Source of the DNA: Squalus acanthias
Taxonomy: Eukaryota
Assembly (NCBI GenBank): GCA_030390025.1
Contig: CM059426.1
Span: 173,910,001-173,974,000 of the forward strand
Reading direction: 5' to 3'
DNA: 64,000 nt
The notes under the pieces: model-generated
Told to the model about the DNA's origin: nothing
The model's input: only the letters and a program-made list of their open reading frames with translations
The model's database searches: none
Shown: in pieces, positions 38,390 to 50,837 of the stretch
Layout: each line of letters begins with the position of its first letter
How positions within the stretch are numbered: position 1 is the first letter of the stretch
Program-made: the position numbers and the translations under genes

Positions 38390-39153
38390 GGCCCAAAAAT
38401 TCAGCCGAGAACGGGTGAGTACTCAGTGCGTACTCACCCGTATTCGTTCCCGAAGTGCCGGTTTCCTGCATGCACTGCGCATGCGCGGGAAACCGGCACT
38501 TCCGGTATGGCGAAGGGGGCGGTTCCTAGGTGAACCGCGTGCGCACTAGAGGCTGCGCGCACGCAGCACACTTAGGTTTTTTTTCAGGTTTCAACGCGAG
38601 GGTAAGTATGGAAGATTCTACGCAAGTAAAAAGGAGGCGTAAGACCCCTTTTGAACAAGGTAAGTAGTTAATTAAGTATAATTTTAAAAATTTTTCAACA
38701 GCTTTATCTTTTTTAGAGACTTTAAAGAAAGGTAAGTTTATTTTTATAACTTTTAAAAAGTATTTTAATTTTTTCAAAAATTTAAATTTTTGTTTAAAGT
38801 GGTTAATTTATTTAACTATAGTTATTTTATTAATGTGATGGTTTTTTTTTTAATTTATTTGAGGTTTAGCTGTTCTTTTGGGGCCGATTTCAATTCATAG
38901 ATTTGACAGGTCTCCTGTCAAATATATGAATGAAAGATGGTCTGCTGCCATTGGCTCTCCATGGCCCACATGATCCCAGGGGTCGCATCGCACTAACTGC
39001 GCCCCTGGGACACACAAGCACTGCGCACCAGCACTTGGAGCAGGCCCAGGACCTGAAGTTCCTGTGGGCCCAAAACACAACGGCCGGCGCGGTGGGTGAT
39101 ATCGCGCGCGATCCTTACCCCCGCGGCAAGCCTCCGAATCGAATTTCTAGGCC
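38390..39153. mobile_element. 764-bp Harbinger/Tourist-like MITE, inverted relative of 25966-26707
   Basis: TIRs ggcccaaaaattc / gaatttctaggcc; TSD AAT; inserted in a CR1 tail repeat; shares the internal AT-rich and palindromic blocks. Confidence 0.85.
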
Positions 39154-39156
39154 AAT

Positions 39157-40620
39157 AACATAAGAATTAGGAGCAGGAGTAGGTCATACAGCCCCTTGAG
39201 CCTCCTCCGCCATTAAAGAAGATCATGACTGATCTTCGACTTCTACTTTCCTGCCCGATCTCCATATCCCTTGATTCCCCTAAAGTCCAAAAATCTATCT
39301 ATCTCAACCTTGAATATACTCAACGATTCAGCATCCACAGCCCTCTGGGATAGAGAATTCCAAAGATTCACAACCGTCTGAGTGAAGAAATTCCTCCTCA
39401 TCTCAGTCTTAAATGGCCTACCCCTTATCCTGAGACTATGCCCCCTAACTCTAGACTCTCCAGCCAGGGGAAAACAACCTCTCAGCGTCTACCCTGTCAA
39501 GCCCCCTCAGAATCTTATATGTTTCACTGAAATCACCTCTCATTCTCCTAAACTCCAGGGAGTATAGACCCAATCTACTCAATCTCTCCTCATAGGACAA
39601 GCCTCTCATCCCAGGAATCAATCTAGTGAACCTTTGTTGCACCGCCTCCAAGGCAAGTATATCCTTCCTCAGATAAGAAGACCGAAACTGTGCACAGTAC
39701 TCCAGGTGTGGTCTCACCAAAGCCCTGTACAATTGTAGCAAGACTTCCTTACTCTTGTACTCCAATCCCCTTGCAATAAAGGCCAACGTGCCATTTGCCT
39801 TCCTAATTGCTGTACCTGCATGCTAACTCTTTGTGTTTCGTGTACAAGGACACCTAAATCTCTCTGAACACCAACATTTATTAGTTTCTCACCATTTGAC
39901 AAATATTCTATTTTTCTATTCTTCCTACCAAAGTGAATAACCTCACATTTCCCCACATTATACTCCATCTGCCAATTTATTGTCCCCTCACTTAGCCTGT
40001 CTATATCCCTTTGCAGGCTCTTGGTGTCCTCCTCACAGCTTACTTTCCCAACCAGCTTTGTACTGTCAGCAAACTTGGATACATTGCACTCGGTCCCTTC
40101 ATCCAAGTCATTATTGTAGATTGTGACTAGCTGAGGCCCCAGCACTGATCCTTGTGGCACCCCACTAGTTACAGCCTGCCAACCTGAAAATGACCCAATT
40201 ATCCCTACTCTCTGCTTTCTGTCCGTTAACCAATCCTCTATCCATGCTAAGTTAGTATCGGGCTAACTGGCCTGTAGTTTCCTGTTTTCTCTCTCCCTCC
40301 TTTCTTGAATAGCGGGGTTCCAATCCGCTAGGACCATTCCTGAATCTAGGGAATTTTGGAAGATCACAACCAATGCATCCACTATCTCTGCAGCCACCTC
40401 TTTTAAAACCCTAGGATGTAGGCCATCAGGTCCAGGGGATTTGTCGGCTTTTAGTCTCATTAGTTTCTCAAGTACCTTTTCTCTACTGATATTAATTACT
40501 TTAAGGTCCTCACTCTCATTAGCCCCTTGGTTCCCCACTATTTTTGGTATACTTTTTGTTTCTTCTACTGTGAAGACAGATACAAAATATTTGTTTAAAG
40601 TCTCCTCCATTTCCTTATTT
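39157..40620 (-). mobile_element. Decayed CR1 LINE with an internal deletion
   Basis: Minus-strand RT ORF pieces 39451-40637; tail acataagaattaggagcagg. Confidence 0.9.
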
Positions 40621-41867
40621 TCATTCATTGAGTTCAATAGTTGAAATAAACACTCAAAAAGAGTAACCTGACGAAGAGGACCAGCTCATTGTCGAACCTT
40701 TTGTTCTATTGAACTCAATGAACAAAAATCAGGCAGGTTCCACAACGGGCAGGCCGCCCATTCTGTGAAGTTAAAAATTGCCCCCAATCACTTTTACTGC
40801 TATCCTTGTGAGAAAATGGTTCAACTGTAGTTACTCGGAGAACAGAAACATTGGTGTTCTAGAAGGGGAAGTTCAAATGGGCCGAGGGCCGTCTTTATAC
40901 AAACCTACCTTGTGAACAAATGTTGTAATTTACTGTATATTTTATTCATTTCAAGATGTCCTAATAATAGTACACGTATCACCTGGCGTTAATGGCCTCA
41001 AAAAGGGGTTAACCCTTTTAATATGCAAATTGGAGTCCTATTTACATTGCAAGATCCCCATTGAAATTTTAGGTTAGAACTGGTTGGAGCCTGCGCCGTG
41101 CGGGCTCGCTCGGTTCCATGGAGCAGACGAGGCCCAGCAAAGGCATGTTTGGAATTATTTTGTAGGGTGCGGAGCCCTCCAAAAGTAATCTGAGCCTCTG
41201 CAATCCAAAACCCACACCCCGAATTTACCTTGCTGCTGGCTGGGGGTGGCCCGATAGTGCTAGGCCTCAATCTGATGAGCTCGACCGAGAGTTGCCAACA
41301 CTGATTGGAGGAACTGCCGGAGGATTGATCACCTGACATCTGGCCACGTGCTATCTGACTACGTGACGTCTATAAGTGTTATGACATTCACCCATTAACA
41401 ATCGAGGCCCCTGTAGGTGAGTTTTGGTGCCTGTAGCCGTTCTGCAAGAAGCACCAAGAACACGTGATCAAGCAATGGAAACTGAAGGTGGGGAAGAGAT
41501 TCACGGGGGAAACCAGAGGTGGAAAACTCTGATTACGCCAGTAACTAATGGTAATACTGGTAACACTCAAATTCCCCTCATAACCAATAGTAATACTATA
41601 ACCCACTGCTAATCTGTATTTAAACTGGTGCAATGCCCCGATATCCTATCTGTGATTAGTAGTAATCATGTAGCCTGCTGATATTCACCCTGAAAATTCA
41701 ACTAGAATCCCCTTGCTCTGCACAAGGTGCGGTCAGGCTTCCCACAGTCAATGCCACTTTTAACAGGCCCCATCTCATTGGACTCTGGTTTGGAATCAGG
41801 TCCTGTGTACTCTTCTGGATGCACCCTAACCCAAATAAACTGTAACTAATTCAACATTAAATGAAAC

Positions 41868-44242
41868 TCTCTCCCAACCCAGTCCCCGTCTCTCCCACCC
41901 CATTCCCCGGTCCCCGTCTCCCCGTCTCTCCCACCCCATTCCCCGGTCCCCGTCTATCCGTCTCCCCCTCCCCATTCCCCGGTCCCCGTCTCTCCGTCTC
42001 TCCCTCCCCATTCCCCGGTCCCCGTCTCCCCGTCTCTCCCACCCCATTCCCCGGTCCCCGTCTCCCCGTCTCTCCCACCCCATTCCCCGGTCCCCGTCTC
42101 CCCGTCTCTCCCACCCCATTCCCCGGTCCCCGTCTCTCCGTCTCTCCCTCCCCATTCCCCGGTCCCCGTCTCTCCCACCCCATTCCCTGTCTCTCCGTCT
42201 CTCCCACCCCATTCCCCGGTCCCCGTCTCTCCGTCTCTCCCTCCCCATTCCCCGGTCCCCGTCTCTCCCACCCCATTCCCCGTCTCCCCGTCTCTCCCAC
42301 CCCATTCCCCGGTCCCCGTCTCTCCGTCTCTCCCTCCCCATTCCCCGGTCCCCGTCTCTCCCACCCCATTCCCCGTCTCCCCGTCTCTCCCACCCCATTC
42401 CCCGTCTCTCCATCTCTCCCTCCCCATTCCCCGGTCCCCGTCTCTCCCACCCCATTCCCCGTCTCTCCGTCTCTCCCTCCCCATTCCCCGGTCCCCGTCT
42501 CTCCCACCCCATTCCCCGTCTCCCCGTCTCTCCCTCCCCATTCCCCGGTCCCCGTCTCTCCGTCTCTCCCTCCCCATTCCCCGGTCCCCGTCTCTCCCTC
42601 CCCATTCCCCGGTCCCCGTCTCTCCCTCCCCATTCCCCGGTCCCCGTCTCTCCCTCCCCATTCCCCGGTCCCCGTCTCTCCCTCCCCATTCCCCGGTCCC
42701 CGTCTCTCCCTCCCCATTCCCCGTCTCTCCCTCCCCATTCCCCGGTCCCCGTCTCTCCCTCCCCATTCCCCGTCTCTCCCTCCCCATTCCCCGGTCCCCC
42801 CCCCCACCAACCACCAACCACCACCCCCCCCCCCCCATCCCCATTCCCCCCACCCCCCCCCCCCATTCCCCACCCCCCCCCCCATTCCCCACCCCCCCCC
42901 CCATTCCCCGGTCCCCGTCCCCCCCATTCCCCGGTCCCCGTCCCCGTCCCCGTCCCCGTCTCTCCCCCCCACCCCATTCCCGGTCCCCGTCCCCGTCTCT
43001 CCCCCCCACCCCATTCCCCGGTCCCCGTCCCCGTCCCCGTCCCCGTCCCCGTCTCTCCCACTCCATTCCCCGTCTCTCCCACCCCATGCCCCGGTCCCCG
43101 TCTCTCCCACCCCCCCCCATTCCCCGGTCCCCGTCCCGTCCCCGTCCCCGTCTCTCCCACTCCATTCCCCGTCTCTCCCACCCCATTTCCCGGTCCCCGT
43201 CTCTCCCACCCCATTCCCCGGTCCCCGTCTCTCCCTCCCCATTCTCGGTCCCCGTCTCTCCCTCCCTCCCCATTCTCCGGTCCCCGTCTCTCTCTCCCTC
43301 CCTCCCCATTCTCCGGTCCCCATCTCTCCCTCCCTCCCCATTCTCCGGTCCCCGTCTCTCCCTCCCTCCCCATTCTCCGGTCCCCGTCTCTCCCTCCCCA
43401 TTCTCCGGTCCCCGTCTCTCCCCCCCTCCCCATTCTCCAGTCCCCGTCTCTCCCTCCCTCCCCATTCCCCGGTCCCCGTCTCTCCCTCCCTCCCCATTCC
43501 CCGGTCCCCGTCTCTCCCACCCCATTCCCCGGTCCTCGTCTCTCCCACCCCATTCCCCGGTCCCCGTCTCTCCCTCCCCATTCTCCAGTCGCCGTCTCTC
43601 CCTCCCCATTCCCCGGTCCCCGTCTCTCCCTCCCTCCCCATTCTCCGGTCCCCGTCTCTCCCTCCCTCCCCATTCTCCAGTCCCCGTCTCTCCCTCCCTC
43701 CCCATTCTCCGGTCCCCGTCTCTCCCTCCCTGTCTCTCCCTCCCTCCCCATTCTCCGGTCCCCGTCTCTCCCTCCCTCCCCATTTCTCCGGTCCCCGTCT
43801 CTCCCTCCCTCCCCATTCTCCGGTCCCCGTCTCTCCCTCCCTCCCCATTCTCCGGTCCCCGTCTCTCCCTCCCTCCCCATTCTCCGGTCCCCGTCTCTCC
43901 CTCCCTCCCCATTCTCCGGTCCCCGTCTCTCCCTCCCTCCCCATTCTCCGGTCCCCGTCTCTCCCACCCCCATTCCCCGGTCCCCGTCTCTCCCTCCCTC
44001 CCCATTCTCCGGTCCCCGTCTCTCCCACCCCATTCCCCGGTCCCCGTCTCTCCCACCCCATTCCCCGGTCCCCGTCTCTCCCTCCCCATTCTCCAGTCGC
44101 CGTCTCTCCCTCCCCGTTCTCCAGTCCCCGTCTCTCCCACCCCATTCCCCAGTCCCCGTCTCTCCCACCCCATTCCCCAGTCCCCGTCTCTCCCACCCCA
44201 TGCTCCAGTCTCCGTCTCTCCCACCCCATCCCCCAGTCTCCG
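41868..44242. repeat. C-rich minisatellite, 28-bp core CCCCATTCCCCGGTCCCCGTCTCTCCC(T/A) with 32- and 36-bp variants
   Basis: Directly visible tandem units arranged in variant blocks. Confidence 0.96.
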
Positions 44243-44945
44243 TTGTAAAGGAATGAGCCAAACCTATACAGAAAAATACACCATCCTATGAACAGAAATC
44301 AGACTTTATTAAAATATAACAAACTGGGTTTAAAAATCTAAAAGCCTCAATGACACAAAGCTGTAAATACAGGCTTCTGAGATAAGATGAGTCACAAAGC
44401 TGTAAACACCATACAAGCTTTTGAAATGGGAAATGGTTATTGACACTGAGACAATGGCCTCATTGAAACAGAGGGTTGTAGGTTCCAAGGAGTCTGCAGT
44501 TTGGAACCGACACAATAGCTATACCCAGTTTAAAGTGTTAAAAAGTAACACTTTGAACAGAAACACAGAACATTAAAAAACCATGGGGGAGAAATTCAGT
44601 ATCGCCCCGTTTGGGGCGCAATTATCGGCCGGGCGCAAAGATTAGCGCCTGGCGCTAATTATCGCCTCCGACTGCAAACTTGACTTTTATCGCCCCTGGA
44701 GGTGATTGGAGCGCTAAATCAGGCGCTACACACCTGTCTTAAGGTGCAAAGGCCGAGGAGCGAGGCGCTAACTCAGAGCGCGGGCGCAGCGCAGGTGCTG
44801 TCAGTTAGCGATGGAACACAGACACACTGGCGCCAGACAGTTCTTAAAGGGGAGGGTCGATCTTGCACTCCAGCCACACCCTGCTCATTGGAGCCTTGAA
44901 TCTCGGCCTGGAGAGACCTGTGCCTAAATCTTCCAGCCAAGGACT

Positions 44946-46745
44946 ATGGAGAGGGTGAGAGAACAAGCTCAGCGCTTCAGCGAGCGGGCCTTGGAGGCTC
45001 TGGTTGGCGCGGTGGAGCGCAGAAGATCTATACTCTTCCCTGAGAGTGGCAGGAGGCCTTTGCCGCGCGAGTACAGAAGAGTGTGGAGGGAGGTGGCTCA
45101 GAGCGTCTCCTGCAGGAGCATGGTGCTCAGGACCCATGTACAATGTCGAAAAAAGTTCAACGACCTCACTCAGATTGGCAGGGTGAGTGGCTTTTTTTCA
45201 ATACCTCTCCATCCCTCCATCTCAACCTCACTCTATGGCCAGAGGGTCTTAAAACCCCAATGCCCAACACTCATCCAACACCTATGGCCCTCTCATGAAA
45301 CACGCACGCACATTCCACACTTTACATACATTAAGGGCTATTCAACCATGGGAGGCACATCAGGCAAGACCATGGCTGCATACAGTAAGGGCTATTCACC
45401 TATGGGAGGCACATCAGGCAAGACCATGGCTGTATATTTACTCAGACGCCGTCCTTTTTCTTGCAGGCCAAGCTATCTCATAATAGGAGACAGCAGCAAC
45501 GGACGGGTGGAGGGCGGCCTCAGCTGCAACCCCTCAGCGATCTTGAGGCGCGCGTCCAGAGGATTGTGGCAAGCCGGGTGATCGGTCCCGTCGCCACTGG
45601 AGACGCCGACCCCATTCTGGACAGCAATGGTAAGGTCATCACCTTTTTGTCCTCTGTCCTTCCACTTGTCCCTCACAACACCAGCCTTTGACACTTTCAA
45701 TCCAACTTACTAAATCGCTGCACTTATTCCTCCCTTACTGCCACCCTGTCCTCACGCTAAAGCCACTCTTGTACCTCCCTGCTTTCAGATGGTGATTCAC
45801 CAGCTGAGGAGACGGGCCTTCAAGCTGCTAGTGGGAGTGAAGCTGCAGGCGAGGAGGAAGATGAAGGCGGAGCATCAGTGCCACCCTCTCCCGAGGAAGC
45901 CCATACCCACACTGGGAACACGCCTTCCCTGGAGGGGAGCAGGGGGGGAAGGGTCTGATGAGGGTGAAGCTCCAGGACCCAGCGGGCTGCAGCAACGCCA
46001 TGGGGGTAGGGAAGAACGGGGGCCTTCTCCCCGGAGGGAGAGTATGCCAGCGACTCCTACTGCACTGGACGCAGAGGAGGAGCGGCTCATCGCTGAAATG
46101 AACACCCAGGTGGTGGACATGCACACTGAGCTCATGGGTGCAGTGGGAAGGGTGCCCGAATGCATTGAATCACTGGCAAGGAGTGTGGAGCACTTCGCTG
46201 TAGCACAGGCGGATGCCACACTAAAGCTTAGTGCTGCAATTCAGTCTCAGACTGCTCTCATGCAGACTCAGATTGAGGCCACGCGAGCACTGACTGCTGC
46301 CATCCTCGATGGTTCGTACACATTTCCCCGGGGCTCTCACCGCGCCGCAGCAGGCCAGCAATCTGTGCTCCAGCAGATTGCTCCAGATGCTGAAGTGCTG
46401 CCCCGTGGGAATGCCAGTGTGTCGGTCGAGCAGGGAGTTGCTGTCCTCTCTCAAGAGGACAGCATTCCTGCTGCCACCACTGTCACTTCTCCACTGCACT
46501 TGCCACCGCCTGTAGGACAGACTGCTGCCGCCCATGCAGAGTTGGTGCAGTCTGCAGCCGGGCCCTCCAGGCCCAGAGCTGGTCGAGGCCGTCCTTCAAG
46601 GGCATCTGCAGTCTCAGGTTCTGACAATCAGCAGCCTTCCACCAGCCTTGCTGCAGCCACTGAGGTCCCATTACGGAGGAGCAGTAGGGTGGGAAGGGGG
46701 GAAGTACGCAAGGGAAGGAGATCACCCTCGAAGGGCAAAAAGTAG
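44946..46745 (+). CDS. Harbinger Myb/SANT-like DNA-binding protein; 3 exons (44946-45182, 45467-45629, 45789-46745) with one frameshift
   Basis: RFSERALEALV..W..VA..RTHVQCRKKFNDL trihelix signature; GT-AG introns in phases 0 and 1; RTGGG motif in exon 2. One extra base, most simply in the G7 run 45942-45948, gives TGA at 45956. Confidence 0.82.
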
Positions 46746-47044
46746 GAGGTGTGACAAAATGTTGGTCATTCTTTTATTAAAGGCTAAGGTTCGTGGTCAA
46801 ACTTTTGGACATTATCTCCAGGTTATGAGAACCAGTTCTGTTAATGACTGTGTTTTTGTGTTTCTTTCTATTAGTTTGTCATGAGGAAATGACACACACA
46901 GAGTTTGTGAAATAATTAAGTTTTTGTATTCAAAATATACATGTTTGGTCTTTGGAATCATTGGTGCCTTGGCCGGCTTAGGGGTTGCGGGTTGGTTTCA
47001 TTCATGTTGTTCTCAATGGCAGAAGCCATTTCCTCAGCAGGGGC

Positions 47045-48188
47045 CTAGAAGCGGCTTGCTATTAGCCGTTGACGGACGGCCCTTGCAGTTTCAACATTGT
47101 GGGCCGCCTTGGTGCTGCTGATGATCATCCTTCTCCTCCTCTTCCTCCTCCTCCTCTGGTGGTGCTCCAAGGCCTGGTGGCATTGGCTGGGTCCTGAGGA
47201 TTGCCATGTTATGCAGCATGCAGCACACAACTACGAAGTGGGAAACTCGCTCAGGCGAGTACTGCAGGGCTCCTCCAGAATGGTCCAGACAGCGGAACCG
47301 TTGCTTGAGCACGCCGATTGTGTGCTCAACGATGTTCCTGGTAGCTTGATGGCTCTCGTTGTACCGCAGCTTAGCAGGGGTGTTGGGCGTACGGAGCGGT
47401 GTCATCAGCCAGGTGCTCAGTGGATACCCCTTGTCCCCAAGAAGCCAACCAACTAGCTGATGCGGTGCCTCGAAAAGTTCTGCCACAGTAGTCTGGCGCA
47501 GGATGAAAGCATCGTGGCAGCTGCCAGGATAGTAGGCATTGACAGCAAGTATCAGCTGTCTGTGGTCACAGACCAACTGAACGTTCAAGGAATGGAACCC
47601 CTTTCTGTTCCGGAAATCCTCGACATTCTCATGCGGAGCACGCAAAGCCACATGCGTGCAGTCAATGGCGCCCTGCACCATGGGGAAGCCCGCTATCCTC
47701 GCAAAGCCCAGAGCGCGTTCATGCTGCTTGTCTGGGGTCATGGGGAAAGAGAAGTACTCTTGTCTCCTTTTAAAGAGGGCATTTGTGACCTGACGGATGC
47801 AGCAATGCACCGCGAACTGGGAGATATTGGCGATGTCCCCAGCAGCAGATTGAAATGAGCCAGTAGCATAAAAGTTCAGAGCCACTGTGATCATCACTGC
47901 CACCGACAGAGACGTCCTGGACCTCAGTTGAGGCTGCAGATCTGGCTGCAGCAGGTGGCAGAGCTCAGTGACCACCTCCTTGGTGAAGCGCAGCCTTCGC
48001 AAACACTGCTCCTCAGACATATGAATGTAGGAGAGCTGTTGACGATATACCGTGGGAGGGTAAGCTCTCCTGTACAGACGCCTGTTTGCCCTCCTCCGTC
48101 TGGCCATGATTGCCACTCTCTCTCTGCGTCTCTGTGTCCTCCGATTCAGCTGGCGCAGGACGACGGCCCCAATCAGTGCAGCCCCCAT
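47045..48188 (-). CDS. HARBI1-like DDE transposase; 365-aa ORF to 47091, probable ancestral end at 47045
   Basis: Motifs GAIDCTHV, NRKGFHSLNVQLVCD, YPGSCHDAFI, LLGDKGYPL and RNIVEHTIGVLKQRFRCL. Confidence 0.93.
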
Positions 48189-48964
48189 AGTCTCTTAGCA
48201 AGCAAAGTTATGAAGGCCAAAAACCAAAGTACCTGCCAAGTTATGATCAGTAGCCAAAACTACCTCACACAGCGTTGACTCAATGCAGAAGTCTCTCTTT
48301 CTCTCTCTCCGAATCTCTCTCTCTCAGAACGAGTGGTGCAAAAATGTCAACCACAGAGAAAGACAGGAAGAGGCCCCCTTTAAACAGCGCCCCACCCCCC
48401 CAGCCCCACAGCGACTGATAGCGTTCCGGTCGTTGGTTACGCCAGGCGGAAAGGTTGGGGGCGCCACTCAATTTCCGCTCCGGGGTGCCACAAGGGCGTT
48501 GCACCCTCGTATGACGTCAAGATCTGCGTGCGCAGGAGATCGCGGCGGTAAAGTTTAGCGCCGCCGCAAAATGTCTAGTTAAGTTCGCGAGCGGCGCAAA
48601 CATCGCTGCGCCCAGGCGCTAGTTGCTTTGCGCCCCATTACCGCCCTCTTAAGGCGCTAACGGGAGGCGCAACCAACTGAATTTTTCCCCCCATGTGTCT
48701 TTGTAAAAGTAACATCAAATGAAAGACAGGAAACAGAAGTTTGTAATACAACCAATTGAAGTAGCTAGGAAAACAATTAAGTGCTCGGTTGAAGTGTTTT
48801 TGATTTACATATTGGAAGAAGTACAGACAGAAGACTTTGTAAATAATACATCAATAGATGTACCAAGCAATCACATGGTTTTTGTATTGAACTTGGAACA
48901 CACAGAGACGCGAAGTCTGTAATATAAGCAGTTAAAGTAATTTAATAATTCAATAGGAGATCTT

Positions 48965-49633
48965 CGTAAGAATGGCATCAAATAAAAAACTGTCAAATTG
49001 TTTTTTATGATAAGATATAAACACCTAAAGATAGAGACAGAATTCTGCAAGTTAACAGCTGAATTGACAGTAAGAATAGAAAGTGGTCAACAGGAAGATG
49101 ACTGGAGATAATTAGCTTACATCAACAGAAAACTTCAAAGACTATGCCACTGCAAAAAGAGTATAAAATATAGAGCTTTCAGATAGAAATTCAGAAGTCG
49201 CTAGAAGGGGCAAAGCAATTCTCAACTTCAGAGGCAGGCTCGAAGTTTTTAACTCTGAGTCTCGGGGATCAAAAGGTACTTTTATTTGATTTTGGTGGAT
49301 ATTCTGGATTAAGAATAAGTAGAAGAGTGTAAATGTAACGAAGTTAAGATTTGAGAATAAGGATCTCTGATAAGAAATGTAAGCTATTTGTATTTTGAAC
49401 TGTTAAAGTTGCGATTGAATCAACAGCTGTTAGCTGCATGTCGGTTCTTTAATAAATCTATATATTTTTAGAATTGTCACAGAGTACTTCTGTATCAAAC
49501 TCACACACTCAATTTCTGTACACTCTTCAGTGAGGAGTTGCAGAATTCTGGGGGGGTTTCCGGACCCTCATAATATCCGGAAGGTTACAGTCGAGTTAAA
49601 CTTATTAAAAGTGCTATCTGGAGGACGGTAACA
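48965..49633 (+). mobile_element. Probable solo LTR (669 bp)
   Basis: Ends cgtaag...ggtaaca flanked by TCTT (48961-48964, 49634-49637); TATAAATA at about 49163 and AATAAA at 49451. The 5' end reads CG instead of TG. Confidence 0.5.
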
Positions 49634-49799
49634 TCTTCAAGTCATTCCTTTCCTTTAGGGAGAGATAGTCTGACCTTTAGACCCAATTAAGCATCTCTAG
49701 GATTCAGCTATCTCTAACTTTAGTTGAAGGTGAACATCTGGGGAATACGTCTGATCTGGGGTAGCCCGAAGAGAGCTAGGACTAGTAATTATACCTTCA

Positions 49800-50410
49800 C
49801 CGTCTCGCCCACCCCATGCCCCAGCCTCCGCCGCCCCCTGCCCCAGCCTCCGCCGCCTCACCCGCCCCCTTCTCCAGCCCCCGCCTCGGGCTCCGCCTCC
49901 CCCGGTCTCCGCCTCCCCCGCCCCCCAGGCTCCGGTCTCCGCCTCCCCCGCAGCTCCGGTCTCCACCTCTCCCGCCCCCCATGTTCCGGTCTCCGTCCCT
50001 CCCACCCCATGCTCCAGTCCCTCCCACCCCATGCTCCAGTCTCTCCCACCCCATGCTCCAGTCTCCGTCTCTCCCTCCACCCATGCTCCAGTCTCCGTCT
50101 CCCTCCCCATGCTCCAGTCTCCGTCTCTCCCTCCCCATGCTCCAGTCTCCGTCTCTCCACCCCATGCTCCAGTCTCTCCCACCCCATGCTCTCTCTCCCA
50201 CCCCATGCTCCAGTCTCCGTCTCTCCCTCCCCATGCTCCAGTCTCCGTCTCTCCCTCCCCATGCTCCAGTCTCCGTCTCTCCCTCCCCATGCTCCAGTCT
50301 CCGTCTCTCCCTCCCCATGCTCCAGTCTCCGTCTCTCCCTCCCCATGCTCCAGTCTCCGTCTCTCCCTCCCCATGCTCCAGTCTCCGTCTCTCCCTCCCC
50401 ATTCTCCAAC
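49800..50410. repeat. C-rich minisatellite, 28-bp unit CCCCATGCTCCAGTCTCCGTCTCTCCCT
   Basis: Tandem units; C-rich low-complexity sequence continues to about 50840. Confidence 0.93.
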
Positions 50411-50837
50411 CCCAAGCTCTGACCCCCAGTCTTGATTCTTCTTCTCTTCCCACTGCCTGAGCTCCATTCGCCATGACCTTCGGTCTCCATTTCTCACCCG
50501 ATCCCCTATCGCTGGCCTCCATTCCCATTCTCCCTCTATCCCACAATCTCCCTCTGCCTAAGCCCCCATCCGCAAAACCAATTCCCATCTCCCTGTCCCC
50601 CCACTCCCCATTTCCCAGTCCCCCTCTCATTCCCATCCCCAAAACCTATTCTCCTCTCCCTTTTCACAGTCACCATCTAATCTTCAATCCCCAACCCCCA
50701 TTCCATCTCTCCGCATCCCCTGACTGACTCCCATTCCCCAATCTCCTTCTCTTTGCCCTCCAACTCCCGAGCCTCCCCGGACTCCCCAACCCCCACTCCC
50801 GACGCCCCCCGACCCCGACTCCCGGGTACCCCCCGAC

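Larger units (their letters stand above)
44585..48691. mobile_element. Full-length PIF/Harbinger DNA transposon (4107 bp)
   Basis: 16-bp TIRs GGGGGA(G/A)AAATTCAGT (44585-44600, 48676-48691); 3-bp TSD CAT; convergent Myb/SANT and DDE transposase genes. Confidence 0.95.

Noticed and set aside
41826-44291. 400-811 aa Gly/Arg/Glu-rich and Pro/Ser-rich ORFs on both strands
   Set aside because: They are translations of the 28-36 bp minisatellite, open in several frames at once.
47091-48188. Domesticated host HARBI1 (and NAIF1 for the Myb gene)
   Set aside because: Both genes lie within TIRs and a TSD and carry frameshifts, so this is a transposon copy.
49697-50642. 134-281 aa low-complexity ORFs
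   Set aside because: Minisatellite translations.
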